A stretch of 64,000 nucleotides of DNA. It comes from Candidatus Brockarchaeota archaeon (GTDB taxonomy: Archaea; Thermoproteota; EX4484-205; JAAOZO01). Positions 1 to 9,966 of this stretch are shown here, one piece after another. Position 1 is the first letter of the stretch; each line of letters starts with the position of its first letter. The translations under genes were made by a program, and so were the position numbers. The stretch is taken from the NCBI GenBank assembly GCA_017601145.1, contig JAFNIV010000006.1, positions 479 through 64,478 of the forward strand, read 5' to 3'. The notes under the pieces are model-generated. The model did not search any database and was not told the origin of the DNA. It worked only from the letters and a program-made list of their open reading frames with translations.

Positions 1-1378
1 CAGTAAATATTGGTTTTAAGAAATCAGAGTCGCTTTTCAAAGCTTCAACAGCTTCCTTTAGACTTGTTGGAAGCTCTCTTATTCCAAGTTGTTTCTTTCT
101 CTCAGGAGTTATAGAATAAATGTTTTCGTCTACAGGATCTCCCGGATCAATTTTCTTTTTTATACCATCCAATCCTGCAGCTACTACACTTGAAAAGCAG
201 AGGTAAGGATTGCATGAAGGATCAGGAGTTCTAAATTCAACCCTCTTTTTACTAGCATTCTTTTCCCCCTTTTCGTAAACTGGAATTCTAACGTTTGCAG
301 ACCTATTGCTTTTACTCCAAGCTATGTAAATTGGTGCCTCATAACCAGCTACAAGCCTTCTGTAAGAGTTGGTGGTTGGAGCAACTATTGCTGAAAGCGC
401 GCGACTATGCTCAAGTAAACCTCCTACAAAATACCTTCCAAGCTGGCTAAGCTCTGCATACTCATCTGAAGAATCAAAGAAGAGGTTTGAGAGTTGTATT
501 GTTTCTAAAGATGGAACTGGATCTAAAGGATCTTTTCCCCATAAACTAATATGTACATGCATACCACTACCATTATCACCATAGATTGGCTTAGGTAAGA
601 AAGTTGCAATCTGATTTCTTTTGTAGGCTATGTTTTTTGCAACATACTTTAGAGTTACAACGTTATCTGCCATCTTAGTTAAAGTGTCTCTTACCATGTC
701 AATTTCACATTGTCCTGCAGTGGCTACTTCATGGTGATGAGCTTCGCAAGGTATACTAAAATAGTTCTCCAGAGTAAAAACAACTTCGTTCCTATAGTCC
801 ATTAAAGTGTCCTGAGGAGGCGCTGGAAAGTAACCTTCTTTAAATCTAATTAAGTAGTTGTCTTCTCCTCTCGACCACGGAGCCTCTTTTGAGGATATTG
901 AATAAGATTGTCCCTTAAAAGGCGAAAGGACATCTAAGGAAATTTTGTCAAATACAAAGAATTCAACTTCTGGACCCCAGTATGAAGTCTCGAAGCCTAA
1001 ACTTTTTATATAGTCCTCTGCTTTTTGAGCTACATACCTAGGATCTCTTGAAAAATTTCCCTTTCCAAAACCCATTTGAACGTTGCACACTAATCGAGCA
1101 ACCTTGTAGTTAGTATCATACCATGGAACAATGGAGAATGTATTTAGGTCTGGTAACAAAACCATATCCGACTCATGAATTTCCGTAAAACCCTTTATTG
1201 AAGAGCCGTCAAGCTTTGGAATACCTTCTACTAAGCTTTCTTCTGATAAGCTAGAAGTTGAAACTGTAACATGCTGAAGCCTTCCAAGGACGTCTGTAAA
1301 TTGAAGGTCTAGGAACCTAACATTCTCCTTTTTTATTTTTTCAAGGGTTTCTGCGCCCAGTTTCCTGTCCTGTAGCAT
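1..1378 (-). CDS. glnA: Glutamine synthetase type I; the C-terminal ~30 aa run off the left window edge
   Basis: My own minus-strand translation from ATG at 1378..1376 gives [37 protein letters not shown]..., then ..[16 protein letters not shown].. and ..[14 protein letters not shown]... These are classic GS-I blocks. The ORF is absent from the track because no stop lies in the window. Confidence 0.9.
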   Translation of the reverse strand, partial: MLQDRKLGAETLEKIKKENVRFLDLQFTDVLGRLQHVTVSTSSLSEESLVEGIPKLDGSSIKGFTEIHESDMVLLPDLNTFSIVPWYDTNYKVARLVCNVQMGFGKGNFSRDPRYVAQKAEDYIKSLGFETSYWGPEVEFFVFDKISLDVLSPFKGQSYSISSKEAPWSRGEDNYLIRFKEGYFPAPPQDTLMDYRNEVVFTLENYFSIPCEAHHHEVATAGQCEIDMVRDTLTKMADNVVTLKYVAKNIAYKRNQIATFLPKPIYGDNGSGMHVHISLWGKDPLDPVPSLETIQLSNLFFDSSDEYAELSQLGRYFVGGLLEHSRALSAIVAPTTNSYRRLVAGYEAPIYIAWSKSNRSANVRIPVYEKGEKNASKKRVEFRTPDPSCNPYLCFSSVVAAGLDGIKKKIDPGDPVDENIYSITPERKKQLGIRELPTSLKEAVEALKSDSDFLKPIFT

Positions 1379-1482
1379 GCAAACGATCAAACATACCAAT
1401 ATTTAAATCTTTCGCTTATAAGTATCGTAAATTTTAATTTACTTGAACAATTGTGCACAAAAATTAACTTTTTCTTTACAAT

Positions 1483-1941
1483 TTATAAAGCAAGGTTCAT
1501 GCTTTCCTTTACTGGAGTTAAGACTACATGAGTATTCGTTCTTACTACGTTTGGTATAGAGAGCAAGGATTTAGTGAATTTACTTAATTCCTCTGTTGAT
1601 CTAAACTTACTTACAACTACGACATCGTTTTCGCCGGTTATGTCGTAAACAATAAAAGTATTAGGAATATTTGCTATTTGATTCTCAACTTCAAGTAATT
1701 TCCCACCAGAAACTGTTATTTCAGTTACTGCAGTTACCGAATAACCCAACTTCCTATAGTCTACTTCAATAGTATAGCTTTTTATAACACCCATTTTTTC
1801 AAGTTTCTTTGTTCTAGCTAGTACAGTTCCAGTAGAGACTTTAAGTCTTTCTGCTATTTTTCTAAAAGAAACTCTTGAATCCTTCATGTATTCTCTTAGT
1901 ATTTGAATGTCAAGTTCATCCACTTTTTCTTCGCTGCTCAC
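1483..1941 (-). CDS. Lrp/AsnC-family transcriptional regulator
   Basis: 152 aa. N-terminal HTH (LDIQILREYMKDSRVSFRKIAERLKVSTGTVLARTKKLEKMGVIK) followed by a RAM-like C-terminal domain. It lies directly downstream of glnA on the same strand. Confidence 0.9.
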   Translation of the reverse strand: MSSEEKVDELDIQILREYMKDSRVSFRKIAERLKVSTGTVLARTKKLEKMGVIKSYTIEVDYRKLGYSVTAVTEITVSGGKLLEVENQIANIPNTFIVYDITGENDVVVVSKFRSTEELSKFTKSLLSIPNVVRTNTHVVLTPVKESMNLAL

Positions 1942-2502
1942 AAATTACATTAGGTATCGGACTTAAAAAGCTTTGACTTTACTAGAAAACTAGAACCAGT
2001 CTTGTTGAAAACCAAAGAAGTTGTTATACTAAATGAATTCCAAAGATTTCAGATAAGCAAATACTAGGCTATAGCTTTAAATCATCAAATGGAAAGTTAA
2101 TAGTGAACTCTTAAGCTTTCAGAGTCTATTTCATGATATAATTGTTTTATTCTCCGCCATTAGGCAATTCCAAGGTGGCCTTAGAGAAAAATGTAGTTTC
2201 TAAAATTTATAGCAAAGCTTATTATTTTCTTGTATCTCCTTAGAAATAATAGAAGAAGTTTTAGAGAAGAGAGAGCGCTAACTAGAGTTTATGCGAGTTA
2301 TTGAATAGGAGGATGGCCTCTAGAAACAAGCAGAATTTTTAGCGATTTTAGAAAAAATTCACTATGGAAAGCTAGAGGTTCAAGGTATTATTTTTAACAT
2401 AGATCTACTGTTATAAATAAGTTTATTTAATTCTGAAGCAGCTTAAAAAATAATCAGAGTTTAGTTTAGGAGAAAACTTAAGTAAAAAATAAAAAGCTAG
2501 GT

Positions 2503-4854
2503 CTATAACTCAAACTTTCTAAATACGTAATACTTTGGGAAATCGATCATAAGTGTAAATAGCATTGAATATCCTAAGATAATTAACACTTCGTATATTT
2601 TTAAAGGATAGATAATAACACCAGATATCCCTAAAAGCATGAATACAATTATAGTTGCTGTACTTGTAATTAATAGCTCTCTACCTGGACGTGAAGACCA
2701 GAAATGTCTTCTTTCCCTTATGATTAGTACTCTAAATTGACTATTGAATACAAGGTTTAGTAGCACTAAACTACGCAATTTTTCCCAGTTTAAGTGGAAA
2801 TACTGGACTCCGGTAAATATAACAAGCATACCTTCTATAATCAAAAATATGGCAGGAACTAGCGACGCTAATGTAATGTTTTTTATATTCCATTTGTTTG
2901 GACTTTTTGTGTGTTCAACGTTATCTGTTGCCAACGACATTGTTACAAAGTCATTTGCAAAAACAAGTAAAGACATACCGAGGAGAGAAAGTACAAGGTC
3001 ATGTAACCAGAAGAAGCTTATGGTTAGTACAGAAATAAACTCTATTACCTTTGTAACCTTATTTATTACCCATGAAAGTGCTCTTTGGTATGTTTGCCGG
3101 CTTACCTTAATTAAATCAACTATTACACCTATTCCTGGCTCAGTTAGAACTACACTTGCAGATGCTTTAGCTACGTCGGTTGAGTTGCTTACAGCTATAC
3201 CCATTTCAGCTTGCTTCAGCGCTGGAGCATCGTTCACACCGTCTCCTGTCATTCCTACCATATGACCTTTAGATTGAAGAAGCTTAACAATCTTGTATTT
3301 ATCTTCAGGGTAAATTTCAGCAAATCCATCTACTTTCTCAATTAATTTTTCTTGCTCAGCTTCACTCAATTTTTCAAGATCCGACAACCTTACAATGTTG
3401 TCACCAATTCCTACTTGACGTGCTACTTCCTTAGCTATAGCAATGTTGTCACCAGTTAGCATAATTGGTTTTACTTCAAGCTTTTTTATTTCTTCGATCA
3501 TGCTTCTTGAGTCAGGTCGAGGAGGATCAGCTAAAGCTAACAAGCCTAAAAGTTTAAACTCTTCGTTGTTACCTTCTGATTTAGCAACAGCTATAGTTCG
3601 ATATCCTTTACGTGAAAATTCTTCTATCATTCTATTTGCGGAATCTACAATTTTTTCGTCTAAGTCTTTGCATAACGACATTATAATTTGAGGAGCACCC
3701 TTAACAACCTTAAATTGATCCTCGCTTATTCTAATGACTGCTTCTGTTCTCTTTGTAGAAGGATCAAAAGGCTTATACAAAACTTGTTTATACTTACTAA
3801 AGTTAACTCCAAGTTCTTTAGCATAAGATAATACTGCAAGGTCTATTAAGTCAAGACTTTCCTCTCTTGATGCTAAGGCAGCCATAGCTACAACTTCTTC
3901 CTTCCTGTAATCGTAAAAAGGAACCACATCAGCAACAGATAACTTATTTTGAGTTATTGTACCAGTTTTATCAAGACAAAGAACATCTATTGATGCCGCA
4001 TCTTCAACCGAGTCAAGTCTTGTTACAAGAGCACCTCTTTTTGCAAGTTCAACAGCACCAACAGCTTGAATTATAGTTAGTACTGCAGGAAGAGCTACTG
4101 GAACGGCTCCCATGAGAAATGTTACAACAAAAGTTAATGCTGTTAGTAAATCTACATGAATAAGCAAGGCATAGGAAGAAACTAAAAGTGATGCAACAAT
4201 GCCAAAATACATCATATACTTAATTATAGCCATCATTATTTCTTCTTGATGTGATTTAGGCTTGGCGATCTTAACTAGCTCGGTTGTTTTACCAAAGTAT
4301 GTATTTGCTCCAGTGTTAACAACTACGCATATTGCCTCACCACGTCTTACTATTGATCCAGAATAAATAATATCCGATTCATGAACATCAACAGGAAGAG
4401 ATTCTCCAGTTAATGCTGATTGATCAACAGAAAGTTCTCCACTTATAATCTTAGCATCTGCAGGAACTACGTCTCCTAACCTAACAGAAATAATATCGCC
4501 AGGTACTATCTCTCTAGCTTCTTTCACTGCCCAACTTCCATCTCTTAGAACTTTTGCTTTTATAGCTAACTTTTTCTTTAAAAGCTCAACTGCTTTTTGT
4601 GAGCCACGAGCGTGCCAATGTCCTATGATTGCATTGACAGTTAACAATATAAAAATTAGAGTCCCTTCCAGATAGTGTTCTAGTAAGAATGAAAGTACCG
4701 CTGCTAGTTCAAGTAACCATGGCATAGGTCCCCAGAAACGGAGTAAGAAATCTACAATGGGGTTTCTTTTTTTCTCAACTACTTCATTGTATCCAAATAC
4801 TTCAAGGCGTTTTTTTGCTTCTGAATCTGAGAGGCCTTTTTCAGTAGCATTCAA
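2503..4854 (-). CDS. P-type ATPase, plasma-membrane H+-ATPase-like (P3A-like). The true start is probably upstream at CTG 4914.
   Basis: DKTGTIT phosphorylation motif, MLTGDN, MTGDGVNDAPALKQAEMGIAV, and about 10 TM segments. The track start is a TTG. The in-frame upstream sequence encodes a conserved-looking N-terminus (see finding). Confidence 0.9.
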   Translation of the reverse strand: MNATEKGLSDSEAKKRLEVFGYNEVVEKKRNPIVDFLLRFWGPMPWLLELAAVLSFLLEHYLEGTLIFILLTVNAIIGHWHARGSQKAVELLKKKLAIKAKVLRDGSWAVKEAREIVPGDIISVRLGDVVPADAKIISGELSVDQSALTGESLPVDVHESDIIYSGSIVRRGEAICVVVNTGANTYFGKTTELVKIAKPKSHQEEIMMAIIKYMMYFGIVASLLVSSYALLIHVDLLTALTFVVTFLMGAVPVALPAVLTIIQAVGAVELAKRGALVTRLDSVEDAASIDVLCLDKTGTITQNKLSVADVVPFYDYRKEEVVAMAALASREESLDLIDLAVLSYAKELGVNFSKYKQVLYKPFDPSTKRTEAVIRISEDQFKVVKGAPQIIMSLCKDLDEKIVDSANRMIEEFSRKGYRTIAVAKSEGNNEEFKLLGLLALADPPRPDSRSMIEEIKKLEVKPIMLTGDNIAIAKEVARQVGIGDNIVRLSDLEKLSEAEQEKLIEKVDGFAEIYPEDKYKIVKLLQSKGHMVGMTGDGVNDAPALKQAEMGIAVSNSTDVAKASASVVLTEPGIGVIVDLIKVSRQTYQRALSWVINKVTKVIEFISVLTISFFWLHDLVLSLLGMSLLVFANDFVTMSLATDNVEHTKSPNKWNIKNITLASLVPAIFLIIEGMLVIFTGVQYFHLNWEKLRSLVLLNLVFNSQFRVLIIRERRHFWSSRPGRELLITSTATIIVFMLLGISGVIIYPLKIYEVLIILGYSMLFTLMIDFPKYYVFRKFEL

Positions 4855-5263
4855 CGATTTTAGGGTTTCTTCGATTGAAAGATTTTTAAATTCAGAGGTA
4901 CCTTTTGCTTTCAGTTAAAGTCACCCCCAAAAAATTGGCTTAACATTTGATCTTAGCACGCCTGTTTTATTTCTCTTTATAAGGTTTACTGTATGAAACT
5001 ATAAATTTAAGTAGCCACTGAACAATTTTTATTAAGTTTAAGATCCATACCTAAAGTAAAAAGCAAACGAAAGAGTTTATCGCTTATTTTATTTGTTAAG
5101 GGATTTTTAGCTAACTGAAGGGCTTTGCTTAGTTAATTAAAAAAGTATGAAGCTTAAACACTTACTATTATTACAACGTGATATATGAAAGTTCGAATAA
5201 GCTATATTCGAAATGAGAAGCTGCAGAGATTTTAGTCCTTAACTTAATAGTGATTTTTTATTT

Positions 5264-5707
5264 TTACTTTATTACTTTAATCGTAATCTCAATAATTTTC
5301 TCAACCTTCCAATTAAGCGTATCAACTATTACAAGAGCTTTAGTATATTTTGAGCTAAGGAGTAAACGCGCTTTTGTAACTTGCCCATCTATTTTTCCAT
5401 TGGCGTTTATCGAAACATTATAAAGGAGATGAACAGAAGTAACGTTAAAACCGTTTGGAAATAGTGCCTTAATGTTACTGTCCTCGTTTATAACACTAAA
5501 AATTTTATTTTTAAACTCTGAACTTATGTATTTGTTGCTAAAAGCAAAAATGTAAGGCTTAGTTGTTAAGAGATTTCTTGACCCAGCAGGATTGGCAAGA
5601 AGCTTATTGCCTAAAGGATTAGCAAAAACTATGAATAACATTGACCCTGTTACTACAGCAGATAACAAAATTGCTGAAAGAGTTACTATAAATGTCTTTT
5701 TTTCCAT
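5264..5707 (-). CDS. Hypothetical membrane-anchored or secreted protein
   Basis: 147 aa with one N-terminal hydrophobic helix (TFIVTLSAILLSAVVTGSMLFIVFA). I recognise no other motif. Confidence 0.5.
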   Translation of the reverse strand: MEKKTFIVTLSAILLSAVVTGSMLFIVFANPLGNKLLANPAGSRNLLTTKPYIFAFSNKYISSEFKNKIFSVINEDSNIKALFPNGFNVTSVHLLYNVSINANGKIDGQVTKARLLLSSKYTKALVIVDTLNWKVEKIIEITIKVIK

Positions 5708-5814
5708 AGTACATCAACAATTTTATTGTTAGTGTTTTATATAAAAGGGTTATGAACGAATCGTCTATTTATAATTTTTATTCTTAAAAAATGATAAAGA
5801 ATTACTAGAAGGTG

Positions 5815-6888
5815 TTAGAAAGAAAATGTTTTTCTCCAATCTAAGCTATTAAGTTTTTCAATGAACTTAGCTATCAACTTTGATGCATTCTCAATATCGC
5901 TAAGAGAAACTACTTCTACTGGAGAGTGCATGTATCTTAATGGAATTGAGACTAATCCAGTAATAACACCTCCTCTGCTTACCTGTATTGCGGCTGCATC
6001 AGTACCACTTAAGTTTGGAAGAGCTTCTAATTGATAAGGAATGTTGGATTCCTTTGCAACTTCTTCTAACTTTTCCCACATCTTCGGATGAAAGTTTGGT
6101 CCAATTCCTATAACAGGACCTTTTCCTAGTTCTACACCAGATATCAAATTTGGGTCTATCCCTGGAGAAACAGAATGTGTTACGTCTACAGCAATAGCAA
6201 TATCAGGTTTCACATTATAGGAAGAAGTAATTGCACCTCTTAAACCAACCTCTTCTTGAACAGTTGCTACAGTATAGAGTTCTCCATTTATTCCATTACT
6301 TAATGCCAAGTATGTTGCATAAAGTATAGCTGCAACGCCAGCCTTATCATCTAATCCAACACCTGAGGCTTTTCCATTAATTAAATCTGACAAGTAAGGA
6401 GTAGTAGTCCCAACAGTTCCAGGTCTTATGCCTAAGTTTAGAACGTCTTCTTTTGAATTAGCACCAATATCTATGTACATATCTTCCATTCTTACTGCTT
6501 TCTCTCTTTCTTCAGGTTTAGTTAAGTGAATAGCTTTCGCACCTATCACCCCATTAACCTTTCCTTTTTCAGTGTACAACGTTACCTTTTGCCCATATAT
6601 TACTCTTGGATCAAAGGACCTTGATGAAAAATATAAGAATCCTTTTTCGTCAATATTCGTTACCATTATCCCGATTTGGTCCATATGAGCAGCTAACATT
6701 AACTTATACTTTTCACCTCCTCTCTTAATTCCATAAAGATTACCCATAACGTCAGATTCAACACTCATTCCCATACTAATAAGAATAGAAGAGATTTTTT
6801 CTCTCGCTTCAGTTTCAAAGCCAGATATACTTGGAGAAAGAATGAGTTTTTCAACTAACTCCCTTATATTAAAGCCTTCGGTTTTCAT
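5815..6888 (-). CDS. M42-family (TET/FrvX-type) aminopeptidase
   Basis: 357 aa. Motifs AAHMDQIG, GLDDKAG and VQEEVGLRGA are typical of M42 peptidases. Confidence 0.85.
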   Translation of the reverse strand: MKTEGFNIRELVEKLILSPSISGFETEAREKISSILISMGMSVESDVMGNLYGIKRGGEKYKLMLAAHMDQIGIMVTNIDEKGFLYFSSRSFDPRVIYGQKVTLYTEKGKVNGVIGAKAIHLTKPEEREKAVRMEDMYIDIGANSKEDVLNLGIRPGTVGTTTPYLSDLINGKASGVGLDDKAGVAAILYATYLALSNGINGELYTVATVQEEVGLRGAITSSYNVKPDIAIAVDVTHSVSPGIDPNLISGVELGKGPVIGIGPNFHPKMWEKLEEVAKESNIPYQLEALPNLSGTDAAAIQVSRGGVITGLVSIPLRYMHSPVEVVSLSDIENASKLIAKFIEKLNSLDWRKTFSF

Positions 6889-6955
6889 TTACGCTTGATG
6901 TTTCGGAACTGCTTATTAAACTTTTGTAAAGTTCAGCAGAAAGCTTATTGAAGTA

Positions 6956-7543
6956 CTACGAACAACTAAAGAAGCTACAAAGTATTTTCTCCAAGTAAGC
7001 TAGTAAAGAAAGAGAACTTTTAAAACTTGACTTTAAATTTATTAAAGGGTTAGTAAAGTACTCAAGCTCTATCGAAATCGTAGGTTCCTTAATTTGTAAC
7101 TCTGGAGCACCATACAAGCCTGGACCTTCTTTTGAATTATAGATGTAGCTCACTTCAAGTCTTTGCACATCAATTGCTTTGATTTTTTTAAATAGTTCTT
7201 CATTTGTATTCAAAAGTTCTTCTAAATTCTTAAGTTCAGCATTGTTTACTATAAACTTCGCTTTTTTACCCGACAAAAAAGAACTTTTAAGTTCGAGAGA
7301 TAAAAAGCCACCAAAGCTAAATTTAAGCTCCTTTTCTAGTTTTGTGAGTCTTACAAGAAGTATCGAAACTTTAAAAGGAGAATCTCTTATGTTCCTTAAA
7401 GTTAAAAAAACATGGTCAAGGTCCGTTGTTGATTTAAGCTTTAGGGAATAGTATTGACCACATGTATCAACTTCTCCAATTAGTTCTTGAAGTTGTGCTA
7501 ATTCTTTAGGAAAACTCATTATATTCAAGCATTTAAAACTCAT
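6956..7543 (-). CDS. Hypothetical protein
   Basis: 195-aa ORF, Lys/Leu/Ser-rich, no recognisable motif. An alternative start exists at MSFPKEL (7519). Confidence 0.4.
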   Translation of the reverse strand: MSFKCLNIMSFPKELAQLQELIGEVDTCGQYYSLKLKSTTDLDHVFLTLRNIRDSPFKVSILLVRLTKLEKELKFSFGGFLSLELKSSFLSGKKAKFIVNNAELKNLEELLNTNEELFKKIKAIDVQRLEVSYIYNSKEGPGLYGAPELQIKEPTISIELEYFTNPLINLKSSFKSSLSLLAYLEKILCSFFSCS

Positions 7544-7613
7544 TATTTAAAAGTTATTCTTACCTAAACTCCAACTTTTTCAAACTATAGAAGATGGACG
7601 AAAAAAGTTAAAA

Positions 7614-8735
7614 ATGTTGACCATTTCCCTTGGGAAAATGAGTTTTAAAGTAGTTTGCACCAAATGCAACAATCCTAGAAAAAACGAAATGGAATGGAAG
7701 TGTAATTGCGGGGCTCCTTTTAAAGTAGTTCTCTATGACAAGTTTAAAAAAGATAAGATAATCAAGAGCATATACTCAATATGGAGATATAGAAATTTTT
7801 ATCCTTATGTTAAAAAAGAAAAGATTGTTAGTTTAGGGGAAGGTTGGACACCTCTAGTGAAAGTAAAGAATAACTTATGGTTAAAGCTAGAATACCTTAT
7901 GCCAACAGGCTCATTTAAAGATAGAGGCTCCTCTGTTTTAATTTCAGGGTTACTCTCTGAACTTTCAAACGTAAAAAGCTTCTCTGAGGATTCTTCTGGC
8001 AATGCTGGTGCTTCCATGGCAGCATATTGTGCAAAAGCAGGGGTAAAAATACGAGTGTTTGTACCTGAGAAAACTTCAGGACCGAAAATTTTGCAAATAG
8101 CGAGTTATGGTGCACAGATTTTTAAGGTTAATGGTTCTAGGGAAGAAGTTTCAGCAAAGGCTCAAGAAATGAGCAAAGAGTATACTTATATTGGGCATGC
8201 TTGGCATCCATATTTTAGAGATGGTATAAGAACTTTAGCTTATGAAGTAGCAGAACAAACAAATTGGAAACTTTTTGAACGTGTTTATCTTCCTGTTTCA
8301 TCTGGAACTCTTTTACTTGGATTTATGGAAGGACTGAGACATATGTGTATTTCAAATGTAATAAATTCAATTCCTAAAGTAGTTGCATCTCAAACTACTC
8401 AAGTTTCTCCAGTTTACCGCAAGTTAAAAAATCTTCACTACTCACCACCTTCAGAAGTAAAAACAGTAGCTGACGCCTTAGTGAATAGCAATCCTCCTTT
8501 ATTAGAAGAGATGACAAAAATTATGAAAGAGATGGATGGTGATGCAGAAGTTGTTAATGAAGAAGAAATAATAAAAGCCAGTATTTTGTTGGCTAGAAAT
8601 GGGTTCTATGTTGAACCAAGTGCAGCTGTAGCATTTGCAGCATACTTAAAGCATTTAAATGAGAACTTAATTAAGAAAGACGAGAAGACATTAATAATAC
8701 TAACAGGAATAGGCCTAAAAACTCATTTTACATAA
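7614..8735 (+). CDS. thrC: Threonine synthase-like PLP enzyme (fold type II) with an N-terminal Cys4 zinc ribbon
   Basis: PTGSFKDRG PLP-lysine motif. N-terminal CTKCNN..x..CNCG ribbon as in short archaeal ThrC. Start could be 7614 or MSFKVV at 7641. Confidence 0.75.
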   Translation: MLTISLGKMSFKVVCTKCNNPRKNEMEWKCNCGAPFKVVLYDKFKKDKIIKSIYSIWRYRNFYPYVKKEKIVSLGEGWTPLVKVKNNLWLKLEYLMPTGSFKDRGSSVLISGLLSELSNVKSFSEDSSGNAGASMAAYCAKAGVKIRVFVPEKTSGPKILQIASYGAQIFKVNGSREEVSAKAQEMSKEYTYIGHAWHPYFRDGIRTLAYEVAEQTNWKLFERVYLPVSSGTLLLGFMEGLRHMCISNVINSIPKVVASQTTQVSPVYRKLKNLHYSPPSEVKTVADALVNSNPPLLEEMTKIMKEMDGDAEVVNEEEIIKASILLARNGFYVEPSAAVAFAAYLKHLNENLIKKDEKTLIILTGIGLKTHFT

Positions 8736-8808
8736 TGACATGTTTTCCTTACATTACTTTGTATTAAAAATAAAAAAATATATAAGAAAAACTTTCCAAC
8801 TAAGTAAG

Positions 8809-9966
8809 TTAGAAGTGAATTGTAACTCTCTTTCCAGTTTCTGCTGATTCAAGAATAGCATCAAGAATTACAGCGTTTCTATAACCATCCTCAAAGGTTG
8901 CTCCGTATGGCTCTACTTTCTTGTCGTTAACTATTGCATCTACAAAGTGATAAACTTCATTGATAAAAGTGTGCTCCCATCCAATTATGTGACCTGCGGG
9001 CCAGTAATGAGAAATATAAGGATGCTCTTTGTCAGTAACTAAAACTTCGCTCCACCCTAGTACTTTTGCTTCACCCTCTGCAGAATAGAATCTTAATTCG
9101 TTCAATCTTTCTAAATTGAATTCTATTGATCCTTTTTCTCCATTAATTTCAAAGTTGTTGTAGTTCTTTCGTCCTGTTGCAAACCTTGAAGCCTCAAAAG
9201 TGCCTATAGCACCATTCTCAAACTCTAAAACTGCAGCAAAAGCATCTTCAACTGTTACTTTTCCTTTCTTAGTTGGATCTTCTGGCAAAGGCCGCTCATG
9301 TGTGAAAGTTCTTGTAACTGCAGAAACTGCAGTTACTTCACCTAAGATGAACCTAGCAAGATCAACTATGTGACTTCCCAAGTCACCCAAAGGACCACTT
9401 CCTGCCTTTTCTTTAATAAGTCTCCAAACTAAAGGAGAGTTTGGGTTTACGAGCCAGTCTTGAAGGTACTTTGCTCTAAAGTGATATATTTTTCCTAATT
9501 TCCCAGACCTAACAATTTCTCTTGCTAGAATAACTGCTGGAACAAAACGGTAATTAAAAGCCACCATTGTTTTTACGGAGCTTCTCCTTGCTACATCAAA
9601 CATTTCTTTAGCTTCCTTACTGTTTCTAGCCAAAGGTTTTTCACAAAGGACATGTTTCCCTGCCTCTATAGCAGCTATTGATGGCTCAGCATGCATATCA
9701 TTTGGAAGAGAATTGTCTACAATTTCTATTTCTTTATCGTAAATCACCTCTTTCCAGTTTGTTGTATACTTTTTAAAACCAAAGTTCTCCGCAGCTTCTT
9801 TTACCTTACTTTCTGTCCTTCCAAATATTGTAACAAGTTCTGGAATTGCTGGAGCTGGCCAAAAGAAGTGAGGCATGTCCTTAAAGGCATGAGAGTGCGC
9901 TTTCCCCATGAAAGCGTAACCAAGCATTCCAACGCCAATCTTTTTAGATGCCATTTCTACCACCAT
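8809..9966 (-). CDS. Gfo/Idh/MocA-family NAD(P)-dependent oxidoreductase
   Basis: N-terminal Rossmann segment (IGVGMLGYAFMGKAH) and a CEKPLA motif. Overlaps the upstream TIM-barrel gene by 10 nt, suggesting an operon. Confidence 0.85.
   Translation of the reverse strand: MVVEMASKKIGVGMLGYAFMGKAHSHAFKDMPHFFWPAPAIPELVTIFGRTESKVKEAAENFGFKKYTTNWKEVIYDKEIEIVDNSLPNDMHAEPSIAAIEAGKHVLCEKPLARNSKEAKEMFDVARRSSVKTMVAFNYRFVPAVILAREIVRSGKLGKIYHFRAKYLQDWLVNPNSPLVWRLIKEKAGSGPLGDLGSHIVDLARFILGEVTAVSAVTRTFTHERPLPEDPTKKGKVTVEDAFAAVLEFENGAIGTFEASRFATGRKNYNNFEINGEKGSIEFNLERLNELRFYSAEGEAKVLGWSEVLVTDKEHPYISHYWPAGHIIGWEHTFINEVYHFVDAIVNDKKVEPYGATFEDGYRNAVILDAILESAETGKRVTIHF

Noticed and set aside
369-584. 71-aa plus-strand ORF from the track
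   Set aside because: It lies entirely antisense inside the clearly coding glnA frame (minus strand). It is a shadow ORF with no motif.
2744-3691. Plus-strand ORFs 2744..3265 (173 aa) and 3443..3691 (82 aa)
   Set aside because: Both lie antisense within the P-type ATPase gene, whose minus-strand frame carries all the canonical motifs. Their composition is that of shadow frames of an AT-rich gene.
4911-4946. Programmed -1 frameshift from the 11-codon leader ORF into the ATPase frame
   Set aside because: There is no slippery heptamer: the codon before the shift point is AAC, and its -1 neighbour is TAA. The ATPase frame has two stops just upstream of the CTG. Reinitiation or a non-canonical start is the simpler reading.
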